Shown piece after piece: positions 26,195-35,658 of a DNA stretch of 36,231 nucleotides. The translations under genes were made by a program, and so were the position numbers. A model generated the notes under the pieces. It ran no database searches. It saw only the letters and a program-made list of their open reading frames with translations, and had not been told where the DNA came from. The DNA is from an uncultured Myxococcales bacterium (GTDB taxonomy: Bacteria; Myxococcota_A; Bradymonadia; UBA4248): positions 1-36,231 of the forward strand of contig CAMKRB010000003.1 in the NCBI GenBank assembly GCA_946415045.1. Reading direction: 5' to 3'. Position 1 is the first letter of the stretch, and each line of letters opens with the position of its first letter.

Positions 26195-27943
26195 ATGGCT
26201 AAGATCAGACTGCCGGGTGTATATTTTGAAGACAATCCAAAAGTAGAGCGCGAGATATCACTGGGGGAAACGGGAGTACCCGCGTTTATTGGCGTTGCCA
26301 GCCGTGGCCCGCTCAACGAGCCGGTGGTAATCCAAAGTGTCCAGCAGTTTCGAAGGTTTTTTGGAGAACCAGTAGAAGGCAGCTATCTGTATTCGAGTGT
26401 ATGGGGATTTTTCATGAACGGCGGGACGCGCTGTCATGTCATCCGCATCGCGCACGTATTCCGCAACGGCAAAGCAGAGCTGGCGCGTAAAGCCCGCTAC
26501 GAGCTTCTGGATGCATCGGGCTATCCCACACTGGAAGTCCTCGCCCACAGCGAGGGAAACTGGGGAAATGCAGTCAACATCCAGGTCTCATATCCCGAAG
26601 AATCGCGCGTCCACACGTTCATCACGCTCGATCTAGTGCCCGGATCCCACATGATCACGCTTCAGTCGACCCGCGGCATTGAACGCGGAATGCTGCTCAA
26701 GCTGTCGGACGGCGAGAATCAGAAATTCGTGACCGTAGAAAGGGTACGAGGAAATGAAATCTATTGGCGCGATGAGATCGATTGTGGCTTCCGATCTGTA
26801 TCCCCAACGTATGTCGACAGCGTCGAATTCGATTTACGCGTGAGCGAGGGCAAACGGGTAGAAAGATTCAACGGCGTTTCACTTGGCCGATGGTCGTCGC
26901 GCAACGTTGCGCGAGTTGTTGCACAGGATTCGGAACTCATCCGTGTAAACATTCTTTCGGACGGCAAGTACGAACAATACCCGGAGCAAACCAAACAGAT
27001 TCAGCTGCGCGGCGGTCGTGATGGTCTTGCCGGCATCACCCCCGACGATATCATCGGATACAACAACGGTCCGAGCGCCCGGTATGGCCTTGGCGTACTC
27101 GAATCGAACGAAGAAATCGATCTGGTCTGCGTCCCGGATTTGCAGTACTGCTTGGATCATTGTGAAGCATTCCGCAGCAGCCGCGATATGATCGGTGTAC
27201 AGACAGCGATTTTAAACCACTGCGAACGCATGGGCGACAGATTCGCGATACTCGATATGCCTCGCGATATCAAATACGAGCAAACCTATGACTATCGAAT
27301 GAAATTCGAATCGTCTTATGGAGCGCTGTACTATCCGTGGCTTATCATCAGCGATGACGGCAAAACGAAGTCTGTGCCACCATGCGGATTTTTGGCGGGT
27401 TTGTATGCGAAATGTGACCGTACAGAAGGCGTCTTTCGTGCGCCGGCAAATGTCGAGCTTCAGGGCGTATCATCACTGCACACGAATCTTGACGAAGGCC
27501 AGCTCACCGAACTGAATGAAAAAGGCGTGAACTGTATCCGTCAGTTTATGGCACGTGGCATTCGTCCATGGGGCGCCCGCAGCCTGACCAATGAACGCGA
27601 CTGGCGTTACCTGATGTCACGGCGAGTATTTTGTGCTGTAAAGCGTGCGATATATGAGAACACGCAGTGGGTGGTATTTGAAATCAACAACCAGGAACTT
27701 CGGGATCGGGTGAAAGACATGCTCGTCGATTTTCTTGGGAAATTGTGGGCGGCCGGGTATTTCCCCGGCAAAGTCCAGAAAGACGCATTTTTTGTGACAT
27801 GCGACAAGACGAACAACGACACCGAAGAAGGTGAGCAAGGAAAGATCACAATCGATGTCGGCATCGCCATCAGCCAGCCACTGGAATATCTTGTGATCAG
27901 TTTCGAGCACAAGATAGAGGAAGCGCAAAGCGTCGGCGTATAA
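26195..27943 (+). CDS. Contractile tail sheath protein (Afp2-4/gp18-like)
   Basis: PGVYFE, TGVPAFIG...RGP.N.PV, FF.NGG..C.V.R, DRFAILD, ALYYPW, VPPCG..AG.YA..D...GV.RAPAN, GIRPWGARSL, WVVFE.N. Confidence 0.95.
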   Translation: MAKIRLPGVYFEDNPKVEREISLGETGVPAFIGVASRGPLNEPVVIQSVQQFRRFFGEPVEGSYLYSSVWGFFMNGGTRCHVIRIAHVFRNGKAELARKARYELLDASGYPTLEVLAHSEGNWGNAVNIQVSYPEESRVHTFITLDLVPGSHMITLQSTRGIERGMLLKLSDGENQKFVTVERVRGNEIYWRDEIDCGFRSVSPTYVDSVEFDLRVSEGKRVERFNGVSLGRWSSRNVARVVAQDSELIRVNILSDGKYEQYPEQTKQIQLRGGRDGLAGITPDDIIGYNNGPSARYGLGVLESNEEIDLVCVPDLQYCLDHCEAFRSSRDMIGVQTAILNHCERMGDRFAILDMPRDIKYEQTYDYRMKFESSYGALYYPWLIISDDGKTKSVPPCGFLAGLYAKCDRTEGVFRAPANVELQGVSSLHTNLDEGQLTELNEKGVNCIRQFMARGIRPWGARSLTNERDWRYLMSRRVFCAVKRAIYENTQWVVFEINNQELRDRVKDMLVDFLGKLWAAGYFPGKVQKDAFFVTCDKTNNDTEEGEQGKITIDVGIAISQPLEYLVISFEHKIEEAQSVGV

Positions 27944-28074
27944 CCCCGGACCGGCGCAGCAAGCGCCGGCAATCAGGGACGTCAGGAAGAGCCGGTTACA
28001 CCATCCGAAGGCATGGAAGCCATGTATATTCAGTGATATAAAGGATGGTGAACCATGAATTGTTATCAGCCGGA

Positions 28075-28242
28075 TGTGCCAAAGTTGTCACACCCGAAAA
28101 CGGGCTTCAGGAAGGAGTTCGTAATGGGGACAGGATTCCCCAAGAAGCGAAAACGGCGTGCGGGCAGAAACCGCGCGAAACAAGGTATAGCAAAAGGATC
28201 CGATGTGTCACAATTGACACAACACTTGGATTTGAATTTGCA
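28075..28242 (+). promoter_or_regulatory. Candidate sigma54 promoter with two palindromic activator-type sites
   Basis: TGTGCCA-N4-TGTCACA (28075-28092), TGTGTCA-N4-TGACACA (28204-28221), and TGG-N8-TTGCA with GG-N10-GC spacing (28227-28242). Confidence 0.5.
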
Positions 28243-28329
28243 TATCGGAGTGGAAGGTATTTTTGGGAAAAGCAATCCCAGTAAACACAATGCTGTAAGA
28301 GCAGTAGCTGCAATCCTCAGGAGGACGGT

Positions 28330-28749
28330 ATGGACAAGGCACCTTTGGGATCATTTGGATTTAGAGTATCGCTTGGCGGTGGAGATTTGTCATTATTCCA
28401 GGAAGTGAGTGGCCTGGGCGTACAGATCAATGTGAAGGATCAGCCGGAAGGCGGTATGAATTTTAGTTCGCACAAAGTGCTGGACAATGCGACGTTTAAC
28501 GATGTGACGCTGAAGCGTGGTCTGATTGGCCCGGAGATGTTCAGCTGGATCAACGACGTGGTAGCAGGTAACATTCAGCGCCGCGCGGTGAAGATTGAAG
28601 TACTGGACGACAAAGGGAAACCGGCCAAAACGTTTATTTGTATGAATGCCATTCCAGTGAAATGGGATGGTCCGACGCTTAATGTCATGCAGGATGCGAT
28701 TGCCACCGAAACACTCGTAATCGCCATTGAAGGTCTGTCGGTTAGCTAA
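28330..28749 (+). CDS. Tail tube protein, T4 gp19-like (Afp1/Afp5 type)
   Basis: AGGAGG RBS; P...F.FRV, FQEVSGL, EGG.N, DVTLKRGL, W.......I.RR.V.I.VLD, NA.PVKWDGP.LN, IA.ETL.IA.EG. Confidence 0.93.
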   Translation: MDKAPLGSFGFRVSLGGGDLSLFQEVSGLGVQINVKDQPEGGMNFSSHKVLDNATFNDVTLKRGLIGPEMFSWINDVVAGNIQRRAVKIEVLDDKGKPAKTFICMNAIPVKWDGPTLNVMQDAIATETLVIAIEGLSVS

Positions 28750-28858
28750 ATCAAAGAGCGAACCAGCACCGTAGTTAGTCCCGACAGTTGCGGAAGCGAT
28801 CCCGACGGGAAGGGTTATAAACGGCCCCAGAAATGGGCACAGCAAGTGGAGATGAACG

Positions 28859-31800
28859 ATGTCAAACAGCAGGCATCCAGATATAGAAAATGGGACGGTT
28901 GGTCGCATCCTCCGTCGCATGACCCTGGCGACGCTGGGGTTAGATGCGATGGACGGGGTGTCCGAGCAATCGTTCGACGTGATAGACAAGGCAGATTCAT
29001 TTGCTGAACGCCTGATGGGCGGGATGTCAAGTGTATTGCCCAAGATTCATACCGAATACATGGAAAGCCGTGCGACAGGTCTGGTCGATCACATTCTGAC
29101 CGGCATGACGGGGTTAAATGGCCCCAAGAGTGCGACAGATCTTGGAGACTGGCAGTACTGGTTGGATGCAGCGCTTCTGATGCTCTTTGATGAAGAAGAG
29201 GATGAGGATGAAGCTGTGTATGCATCAGCCGGCAAAGTGGCGCACGCAGCAAAGAATACGCAGCAGGTTCGAAGCGCAGCGATGCAGCAGGCATTGCGTG
29301 AACGCGTTGTTGCACTGAAGAATTCAGGGATCAAACCGTCGATGCTTCAGGCATTGTCGAATGATCAGAAACGTGCTGTGATCAGCCAGCTCAATGCAGC
29401 CCGGAAAGCAACCGCAGAGCATACCTCCGAAGCCAGCAAATTCGCCGGACAAAAGGATGCAGATTCGCGCATTGCCGCCGAACTGAGCAACAATATTAAC
29501 GTTAATGGTGCACAGCAGTTTGCAGACAGCATCAAGGCCAGCCTGTTTGGCGACAGCCAGGCAGAAAGCGCGCTGTTTGCGAGCACATTGCTCAACGTGG
29601 TCAAAGAAGCCTCGAATCACCGCAGCATTGATACAGCTGCGAGCAAAATCGAACGCATCTATGGTCAGAATGCACAGAATTCGCACCAGACATTTGTATC
29701 GCACATTGCAGACAAGGCAGCATCCGTATCCGCCAGTCTGAACGATGCAAAGCAAATTGGTGTGCCAGCCGAACACCGTGCCGAAGCAATGCGTCTTGCC
29801 GAAAACTGGACAGAGGCAGTTGCCGGTCTGAATGCGTCTGGAAAAGTCGAAACAGCAAGCGTCCGCCGCATGCTGACGACGATCGATGCGTTGGAGCGCA
29901 TTGGTGCCGTTACCCGTGAACAGGCTCATGAAATCCGCAATGCCGGTCAGAGCTATGCCCGCCACATTCTCGCCGAAGAAGTATCGCGCGACATCACAAC
30001 GATTGCCGGCCGCATTGAACAGATGGTGGGCCGTGTATCGGATGTTGCCGGCACAGAAATGGTATCGCACCGTGCAATCACCTATACGGGCAACACTCCG
30101 AACGTCGAAGCCATCCAGATTCTCAGGAATTCGGTTGCAGCAATCAGCGACAAACTCGGTTCGCTGTCCGAAACCGTTGCATCCAAAGTATTGTCAGACG
30201 GTGAGACAGCCGCGACGATGCGTTGGCAGCGCGCAGCAGAACGCTTCACGCGTATGCAGGGCATTTCTGATGACGTCGATCGCGTGCTTCTGCGCGACAT
30301 CATCGAATCTGCCGAAGCTCTTGGCAGCACCGGTGTTGTATCCGCAGGCATGGTCAAAAGCATTGTCAGCATTCCTGCTCAGATCCAGAGCCAGAATCAG
30401 ACACCTGCAGCGGTGTCCTCCATCGCAGCAGCACAGAGCAGCAATGTCTCTGCATCCCAGAGCCGTTCTGTTCAGACCATTCTCAATGGCCGCGAAGCCG
30501 ACAAATACATCCAAAATTCTGCAATCCAGATGCTCAGCCGTATTTCAAGCCGCGTCGAAGCATCCGTGAATACACTCGCAGACGAAATCACAGCATCCGG
30601 CATCCTGCGTCCGCAGCAGGCCGAATCATTCGTTTCGGATATCCGCCGTATTGCAGCACAGGGTAAAACTGCAGCTGCAACAGATTCGCTTTCGGTTATC
30701 GAGACCTCCTCGATCATCGAATCCCTCAGTGAAAAACTCGATCAGTTTGCACAGTTCACGGCGCGCAACGTCGTTGAACAGGGCTATGATGAGCTCACCG
30801 GTGAAACACCTGCATTCGTATCCACCAGCGAAACAGCCGCACAGTCTGAGAACGTCAGTGCAAGTGCTGCAATGAACGCAGCCGCAGTTTCCTCGGTACG
30901 TGAGCTGCAGGTCGCTTTACAGAAAGCCCAGCAGACAGCCCAGGCTCAGATTCGCTCGTTTGTCGAAACACAGCAGGCATCCGCAAAGCAGGCCGAAAGC
31001 CGCAAATTCTTCGAAGCACTTGCATCCGCAAATACTGTCGAAGCCATGGTGAAAGCCCAGAATGCGCTGTCAGCCCATCTGTCGGCAGAACAGCAGTCGC
31101 AGCTCAAGCAGACAATCGAAGCCGTTCGCAGCAGTGAAGCGCATCTCGAGAACGTCAGCCGTCAAATCCGCATGATCGAAAATGCGGTCAAACTCTCAGG
31201 CGATCTCAAGAATGTACTGAACAGCGGCATCCATACAACAGCGCAGACACTTGCAAACCGTCCGCAGACCGGCAGCGTCATCAGCGCTCCCGTGATGCTC
31301 AGCGATGTCCGCGTCAATGGCGACTATCTTGCATCACTCGGCCAGACACTGGCATCCTATGCAAGAATCCGCAATGAGTTTGCCAAGGTTCAGAGTGGCT
31401 CAACATCGTTGTTAAGCGGCATGGATGTATCCCGTCTCGACAAAATGCTCTCCATCGTCAGCCCGGTTTCTTCCCGGAATGTGGCGCAGGATCAGAAATT
31501 GTCAGGATTTGCAGGCATTCAGGCAGCAGCATCCATGGATACACTGCGCAAGATCCATGGCCGTACAGATCACCAGAATCTGAGCATCTCTGCAGCAGAT
31601 GCGGATTTGGTCAAGCAGTATGCAGCCATCGGAAACTTGGATATGGTCTATCAAATTGCCAATGAAGCCGGCCATTCGGCATCATCGGTATCCGAGAGCA
31701 CCGAACTGACAGGCAACACCGAACTGACGCGTTTGTTCAACACGCTTTCGGCACAGCCGGAACTTGCCAGACGCATTGCTGAAATGGCAGCAACCGGCAA

Positions 31801-33853
31801 GAGCACCCAGGCCGGCGTTCTCCAGAACAACCGCATTGCTGAGTTCCTCGACAGCATTTCGTCGTCCAATCCCGAAACGGTTGTCGGCTATGACGAGATC
31901 ATTCCCGAAACGGCATCGTTCGTATCGCAGCAATCCGCTCGCGGCCTGTATCCTTCGAACGACAACTACAGCGATTTGACTTCTATCCTTGGTTCGCGCA
32001 AAGCCATCGAACTTCACGCCTCCGAAATGGCAACAGGTCGTCCCGGCAGTGCCCAGACGCTCGGTCAAGCCATTGAACGTTGGGCAGCATCCGCTCATGG
32101 CAACGATTCGTTTGTGTCATACGGCATCAGCGAAAACGGCGAGCGCGTCAAAGTAACCCTTGGCCTGACTCAGTCATCCGGCAATGGCGGCTATCAGCTT
32201 CGCCAGAACATGGGTTCATCCTATATGCCGGTATCGTCGCGTCAGACCGTCTCCAGCCCGGTTGCAGCATCCCTGAATATCGACAAGATCAGTTCGTCCC
32301 AGACCATTTCGGGTGCCGAAGAGTTCATGCCGGTGATTGCAGGCGCCAACCAGACCTATTCTGCATCCGATGCCTCCACCGATCGCATTCTGACCTCGCT
32401 GGTCGCTTCTCTGGCCGGAAATCAGAATATTTCACAGACACTCTCTGTCGAAGGTAATACGCTCACAGCCGCACAGCAGGCGATGGTTCAGTCGGCCGTC
32501 CAGGCACAGAATGCACAGAACACGCAGAATGCCTCTTCTTCGGATTCCGCTGCATCCCAGCGCGAAGCCGCAATGCAGAACATTCTCAATCCTCGCACGC
32601 ACCAGTCTCAGGCACAGGCCAATGCTCAGGCCATTGCAGATCGCAACACCATCAGCGGTATCCTGGGTCGTCTGGGTATCCAGATCAACGCCAACCGCAT
32701 GCCCGAAACAAGCGAACGTCTGCAGCTGAACGTTGGTAACGTCGATTTCGATATGACATCGGCCGATTTCGTCAACATGGTTGCCAAACCCGCCATTTCG
32801 TCCACCAGCTTCATGGCCCCGACACTCGTGAATGCCAATAACGTGATGTTCTCAGGCTATGCCTCGCTGATGAACAGCCAGGGCGAACGCCGCAGCCTCA
32901 AATCCCTGCGCAAATCGTATGTCGAAGCCATGGCAAAATCCGGTGCTCGCAGCACGCACGCTGAGATCGGCTTCAATACGCAGTCGTTTGCAAACATCCT
33001 TGGACTGACCTCCGGATCGATCGCAAGCGATAATCGCTATCGCATGGTTAACGGCGGCTATGATGCCGACAGTTCACATGCATTTGTTTCGTCTGCATCG
33101 ATCGATGCATCCGCATCTTCGACGGCATCCGCATCCGCACCCGAAGCCCGCATCGCAGCACAGGGCCAGATGGCAGGCCAGACCGAAGAAACGCTCGCAC
33201 AGTCGATCATCGACGGACATGCACCTGTGGCCAGCACCGAATATGGCAGCAGCGTCGACTTCTCGTGGATTTCGAACCAGCTCATGCCGCAGTTCAATGC
33301 CGGCAGCAATGCTGCATCCGAAAGCCAGACAGTCGAAAAAGAGCGCCAGATCCTTGGCCGCATCGACAACATGCTCGATTATGTCGAGAATATGAGTTCG
33401 CGCAATGTCGGCGTGTTCAGCTCAAATGACACCGTCCGCGTATTGCTCGAATCGATGTCAACCGAAGGTGAACTCGGTAACAAGGGATTGCCCAAGTGGC
33501 GTCAGAAAGACACGAAAGCTGCCCGCGCGGCTCAGGCTCGCGAACTCCGCGAAGCACTCGCCAAAATCGGTGCGAACCCAATCCAGGGTACACAGCGTGT
33601 CAATGATCGCAACTACGTCAGCCCGAATCTGTTCGCAAACCAGAATCAGGCGGCAGCCCCCCTCTTCAGCGGTGGCGGTGAAAATGGCAGTGGTTCCGTT
33701 CCAACTGCGGCTTCGCACGCCAGTGGTAATACTAACAATCGCTTGGACAACAGCACCATCCCAGAGGATGATCTGCAGTTCATAGCCGAAGAAATTTATA
33801 ACAAAATCGTTGACAGTCTTAACGACGAACTCAAGCGTAGGAGGACAGAATAA
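28859..33853 (+). CDS. 1664-aa Ala/Ser/Gln-rich protein; tape-measure or cargo candidate of the injection system
   Basis: Uninterrupted ORF between tube and initiator genes, GGAG RBS, TAATG-coupled to the next gene; no Cys, signal peptide or obvious TM helix. Function inferred from position and composition only. Confidence 0.6.
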   Translation: MSNSRHPDIENGTVGRILRRMTLATLGLDAMDGVSEQSFDVIDKADSFAERLMGGMSSVLPKIHTEYMESRATGLVDHILTGMTGLNGPKSATDLGDWQYWLDAALLMLFDEEEDEDEAVYASAGKVAHAAKNTQQVRSAAMQQALRERVVALKNSGIKPSMLQALSNDQKRAVISQLNAARKATAEHTSEASKFAGQKDADSRIAAELSNNINVNGAQQFADSIKASLFGDSQAESALFASTLLNVVKEASNHRSIDTAASKIERIYGQNAQNSHQTFVSHIADKAASVSASLNDAKQIGVPAEHRAEAMRLAENWTEAVAGLNASGKVETASVRRMLTTIDALERIGAVTREQAHEIRNAGQSYARHILAEEVSRDITTIAGRIEQMVGRVSDVAGTEMVSHRAITYTGNTPNVEAIQILRNSVAAISDKLGSLSETVASKVLSDGETAATMRWQRAAERFTRMQGISDDVDRVLLRDIIESAEALGSTGVVSAGMVKSIVSIPAQIQSQNQTPAAVSSIAAAQSSNVSASQSRSVQTILNGREADKYIQNSAIQMLSRISSRVEASVNTLADEITASGILRPQQAESFVSDIRRIAAQGKTAAATDSLSVIETSSIIESLSEKLDQFAQFTARNVVEQGYDELTGETPAFVSTSETAAQSENVSASAAMNAAAVSSVRELQVALQKAQQTAQAQIRSFVETQQASAKQAESRKFFEALASANTVEAMVKAQNALSAHLSAEQQSQLKQTIEAVRSSEAHLENVSRQIRMIENAVKLSGDLKNVLNSGIHTTAQTLANRPQTGSVISAPVMLSDVRVNGDYLASLGQTLASYARIRNEFAKVQSGSTSLLSGMDVSRLDKMLSIVSPVSSRNVAQDQKLSGFAGIQAAASMDTLRKIHGRTDHQNLSISAADADLVKQYAAIGNLDMVYQIANEAGHSASSVSESTELTGNTELTRLFNTLSAQPELARRIAEMAATGKSTQAGVLQNNRIAEFLDSISSSNPETVVGYDEIIPETASFVSQQSARGLYPSNDNYSDLTSILGSRKAIELHASEMATGRPGSAQTLGQAIERWAASAHGNDSFVSYGISENGERVKVTLGLTQSSGNGGYQLRQNMGSSYMPVSSRQTVSSPVAASLNIDKISSSQTISGAEEFMPVIAGANQTYSASDASTDRILTSLVASLAGNQNISQTLSVEGNTLTAAQQAMVQSAVQAQNAQNTQNASSSDSAASQREAAMQNILNPRTHQSQAQANAQAIADRNTISGILGRLGIQINANRMPETSERLQLNVGNVDFDMTSADFVNMVAKPAISSTSFMAPTLVNANNVMFSGYASLMNSQGERRSLKSLRKSYVEAMAKSGARSTHAEIGFNTQSFANILGLTSGSIASDNRYRMVNGGYDADSSHAFVSSASIDASASSTASASAPEARIAAQGQMAGQTEETLAQSIIDGHAPVASTEYGSSVDFSWISNQLMPQFNAGSNAASESQTVEKERQILGRIDNMLDYVENMSSRNVGVFSSNDTVRVLLESMSTEGELGNKGLPKWRQKDTKAARAAQARELREALAKIGANPIQGTQRVNDRNYVSPNLFANQNQAAAPLFSGGGENGSGSVPTAASHASGNTNNRLDNSTIPEDDLQFIAEEIYNKIVDSLNDELKRRRTE

Positions 33854-34506
33854 TGAACTTTAATGAAGCACTCAGCAAACTGTGCAAATTAACCATTGTC
33901 GCCATCGAGAATCCTGGCGGATCCGTTTCGGCATTCTACAATCCAAAGGAGGTCTCATTCTCCAAGTCTGTGAAATGGGCCCCCGATAGCCAGGGTATGG
34001 CTACGGATTATCCCGCGCTGCAGTTCACCAACGGTGATGCCATCTCTTTGTCCGTCGATCTGTACTTCGATCTCTATGAAGTTGGTGGCGATGTGCGTCC
34101 GTTCATCAACACACTCATGGCTTACTGCCTCAAGCACCCGCAGGATGGTGGCGAAGAACGTCCGCCCAAAGTCAAGGTTCTTTGGGGTGGCGAACTCCTC
34201 GCTGGTACGTCGTTCGAAGAGGCTGTTATCGACAACGTTTCAGTCACATACACGATGTTCCACGCATCCGGTGCACCCTGCCGTGCAAAAGCTACCGTCA
34301 AGATGACTCAGGCTCTCGCAGTCGGTGCATCCGTCGATGGCTCCAAACACTACAACGTCACAAGCGCCGCCCAGGGCAGCCAGATTCCTGGATTTAAGGA
34401 ATATTGCGAACAAAACAACATCGATATGACAAACCCCAAATCCTACGAAAACGGCATCAGCTATAGCTCCGCTTCCGGTTCGGATAGTGGTGGTGGTGAT
34501 AAGTAA
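33853..34506 (+). CDS. Tube initiator / baseplate tube protein (Afp7/Pvc7-like)
   Basis: YNPKE.SF.KSVKW, P.LQFT.G....LS..L.FD.YE, RPP.V...WG, VI..VSV.YTMF...G.P.RA..TV.M; C-terminal LysM is degenerate. Confidence 0.85.
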   Translation: MNFNEALSKLCKLTIVAIENPGGSVSAFYNPKEVSFSKSVKWAPDSQGMATDYPALQFTNGDAISLSVDLYFDLYEVGGDVRPFINTLMAYCLKHPQDGGEERPPKVKVLWGGELLAGTSFEEAVIDNVSVTYTMFHASGAPCRAKATVKMTQALAVGASVDGSKHYNVTSAAQGSQIPGFKEYCEQNNIDMTNPKSYENGISYSSASGSDSGGGDK

Positions 34507-34556
34507 CCCGGGTAACAAATCTGCTTATTCGATAATTAAACCATAAGGAGGAAATT

Positions 34557-35636
34557 ATGCCCGGCATCAGAACACCAGGATTCAGAATGACGATTGGTGG
34601 AAGATCCTTTAATGAGGAACCCAAAAAGAATCACGTCGCACAGATTACTGTCGAACAGACCGCCGATGGCGCGAGCTCATTCGAAGTGATTCTCGACGAT
34701 TCTGCCAATATTTATTCTCAACAAGATCCTATCAAAGAAGGTGAGAGCTGCTCAATTTCTCTCGGTTTCGCAGAAAAAGGCGGCCCAAAGCCTGTATTCT
34801 CCGGCACCGTCAGCAGCGTCAAAATTAAACGTAAAGAAAGCGGCCGCAAGCTCATTTATGTGAAAGGTTACGATCCATTGTATGGACTCACGACCGGTAG
34901 AAAACGTCGCTCGTGGGAAGAGATTAAAGACTCCGACCTCGTCAGCGAAATCCTCTCCGATCACGGCATCAAAATCGCCGAAATCGAAGATACTGGTATC
35001 ATTCTGCCGTTCGTCGTCCAGAACAACCTCAACGACCTCAACTTCCTGCAGGAACGTGCCAAACATAATGGCTACGAACTCAAGTACGAAACCAATCCCG
35101 AACGCGATGGCGCTGTATTCGCCAAGCCCAAAAGAAGCGATGGCGGCGCTATCCTCCGCTGGGATGCTGCAAAGGAAGACGGCGCAACCGCTCTCCTGCA
35201 GCGCTGCGATTTCGATACATCCACCATCAACCAGCCAAACGCTGTCGTCGTTCGTTGGTACGATCCAGATGCAGCCGAGCCTATCATCGGTAAAGCTGCG
35301 GATGTCACCGGCGATAAAATGGGCGGCAGTATCAGACAGGGTAACACCTCTCACACCATCCAGATCAGCGATATCCCCGTCTACAGCGCCGAAGAAGCTG
35401 AACGCGTTGCGCAGAGTATTCTCGATCAGCGCGCCGGTGAATACCTCACCGGTGTTGGTCAGTGCATCGGCTGCCCCGATGTGCTCTGCGGACACAAAGT
35501 CAAAATCGAAGACGTCGGCCCCGACTTCACTGGTGATTACTATGTCACCGAATGCAAGCACGTCTTCAAAGTCGGTGGCGGCCGCGGTTTCGGTTACTGG
35601 ACTTCCTTCAAAGTCTCCAGAACCGGCAGCCACTAA
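34557..35636 (+). CDS. Baseplate hub, phage late control D / gp27-like (N-terminal VgrG/Afp8 region only)
   Basis: TAAGGAGG RBS; I.LGF.......VFSG.V, L..GRK.RSW...KDSD.V..I, VVQ.N.NDL.FL.ERA...GYE, G.G...G.PD...G..V.I..VG..F.G.YYVT...H. Confidence 0.88.
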   Translation: MPGIRTPGFRMTIGGRSFNEEPKKNHVAQITVEQTADGASSFEVILDDSANIYSQQDPIKEGESCSISLGFAEKGGPKPVFSGTVSSVKIKRKESGRKLIYVKGYDPLYGLTTGRKRRSWEEIKDSDLVSEILSDHGIKIAEIEDTGIILPFVVQNNLNDLNFLQERAKHNGYELKYETNPERDGAVFAKPKRSDGGAILRWDAAKEDGATALLQRCDFDTSTINQPNAVVVRWYDPDAAEPIIGKAADVTGDKMGGSIRQGNTSHTIQISDIPVYSAEEAERVAQSILDQRAGEYLTGVGQCIGCPDVLCGHKVKIEDVGPDFTGDYYVTECKHVFKVGGGRGFGYWTSFKVSRTGSH

Positions 35637-35658
35637 CCTTTAATCTCAATCACACTTC

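Noticed and set aside
27944-28329. Known riboswitch (e.g. c-di-GMP) between sheath and tube
   Set aside because: Several hairpins are present but no aptamer consensus I can recognise; an Rfam scan would settle it.
25590-35636. Prophage or canonical T6SS
   Set aside because: No capsid, terminase, portal, integrase or lysis genes. The sheath is a single gp18-like chain and the tube is gp19-like rather than TssB/TssC/Hcp; no TssJLM or ClpV.
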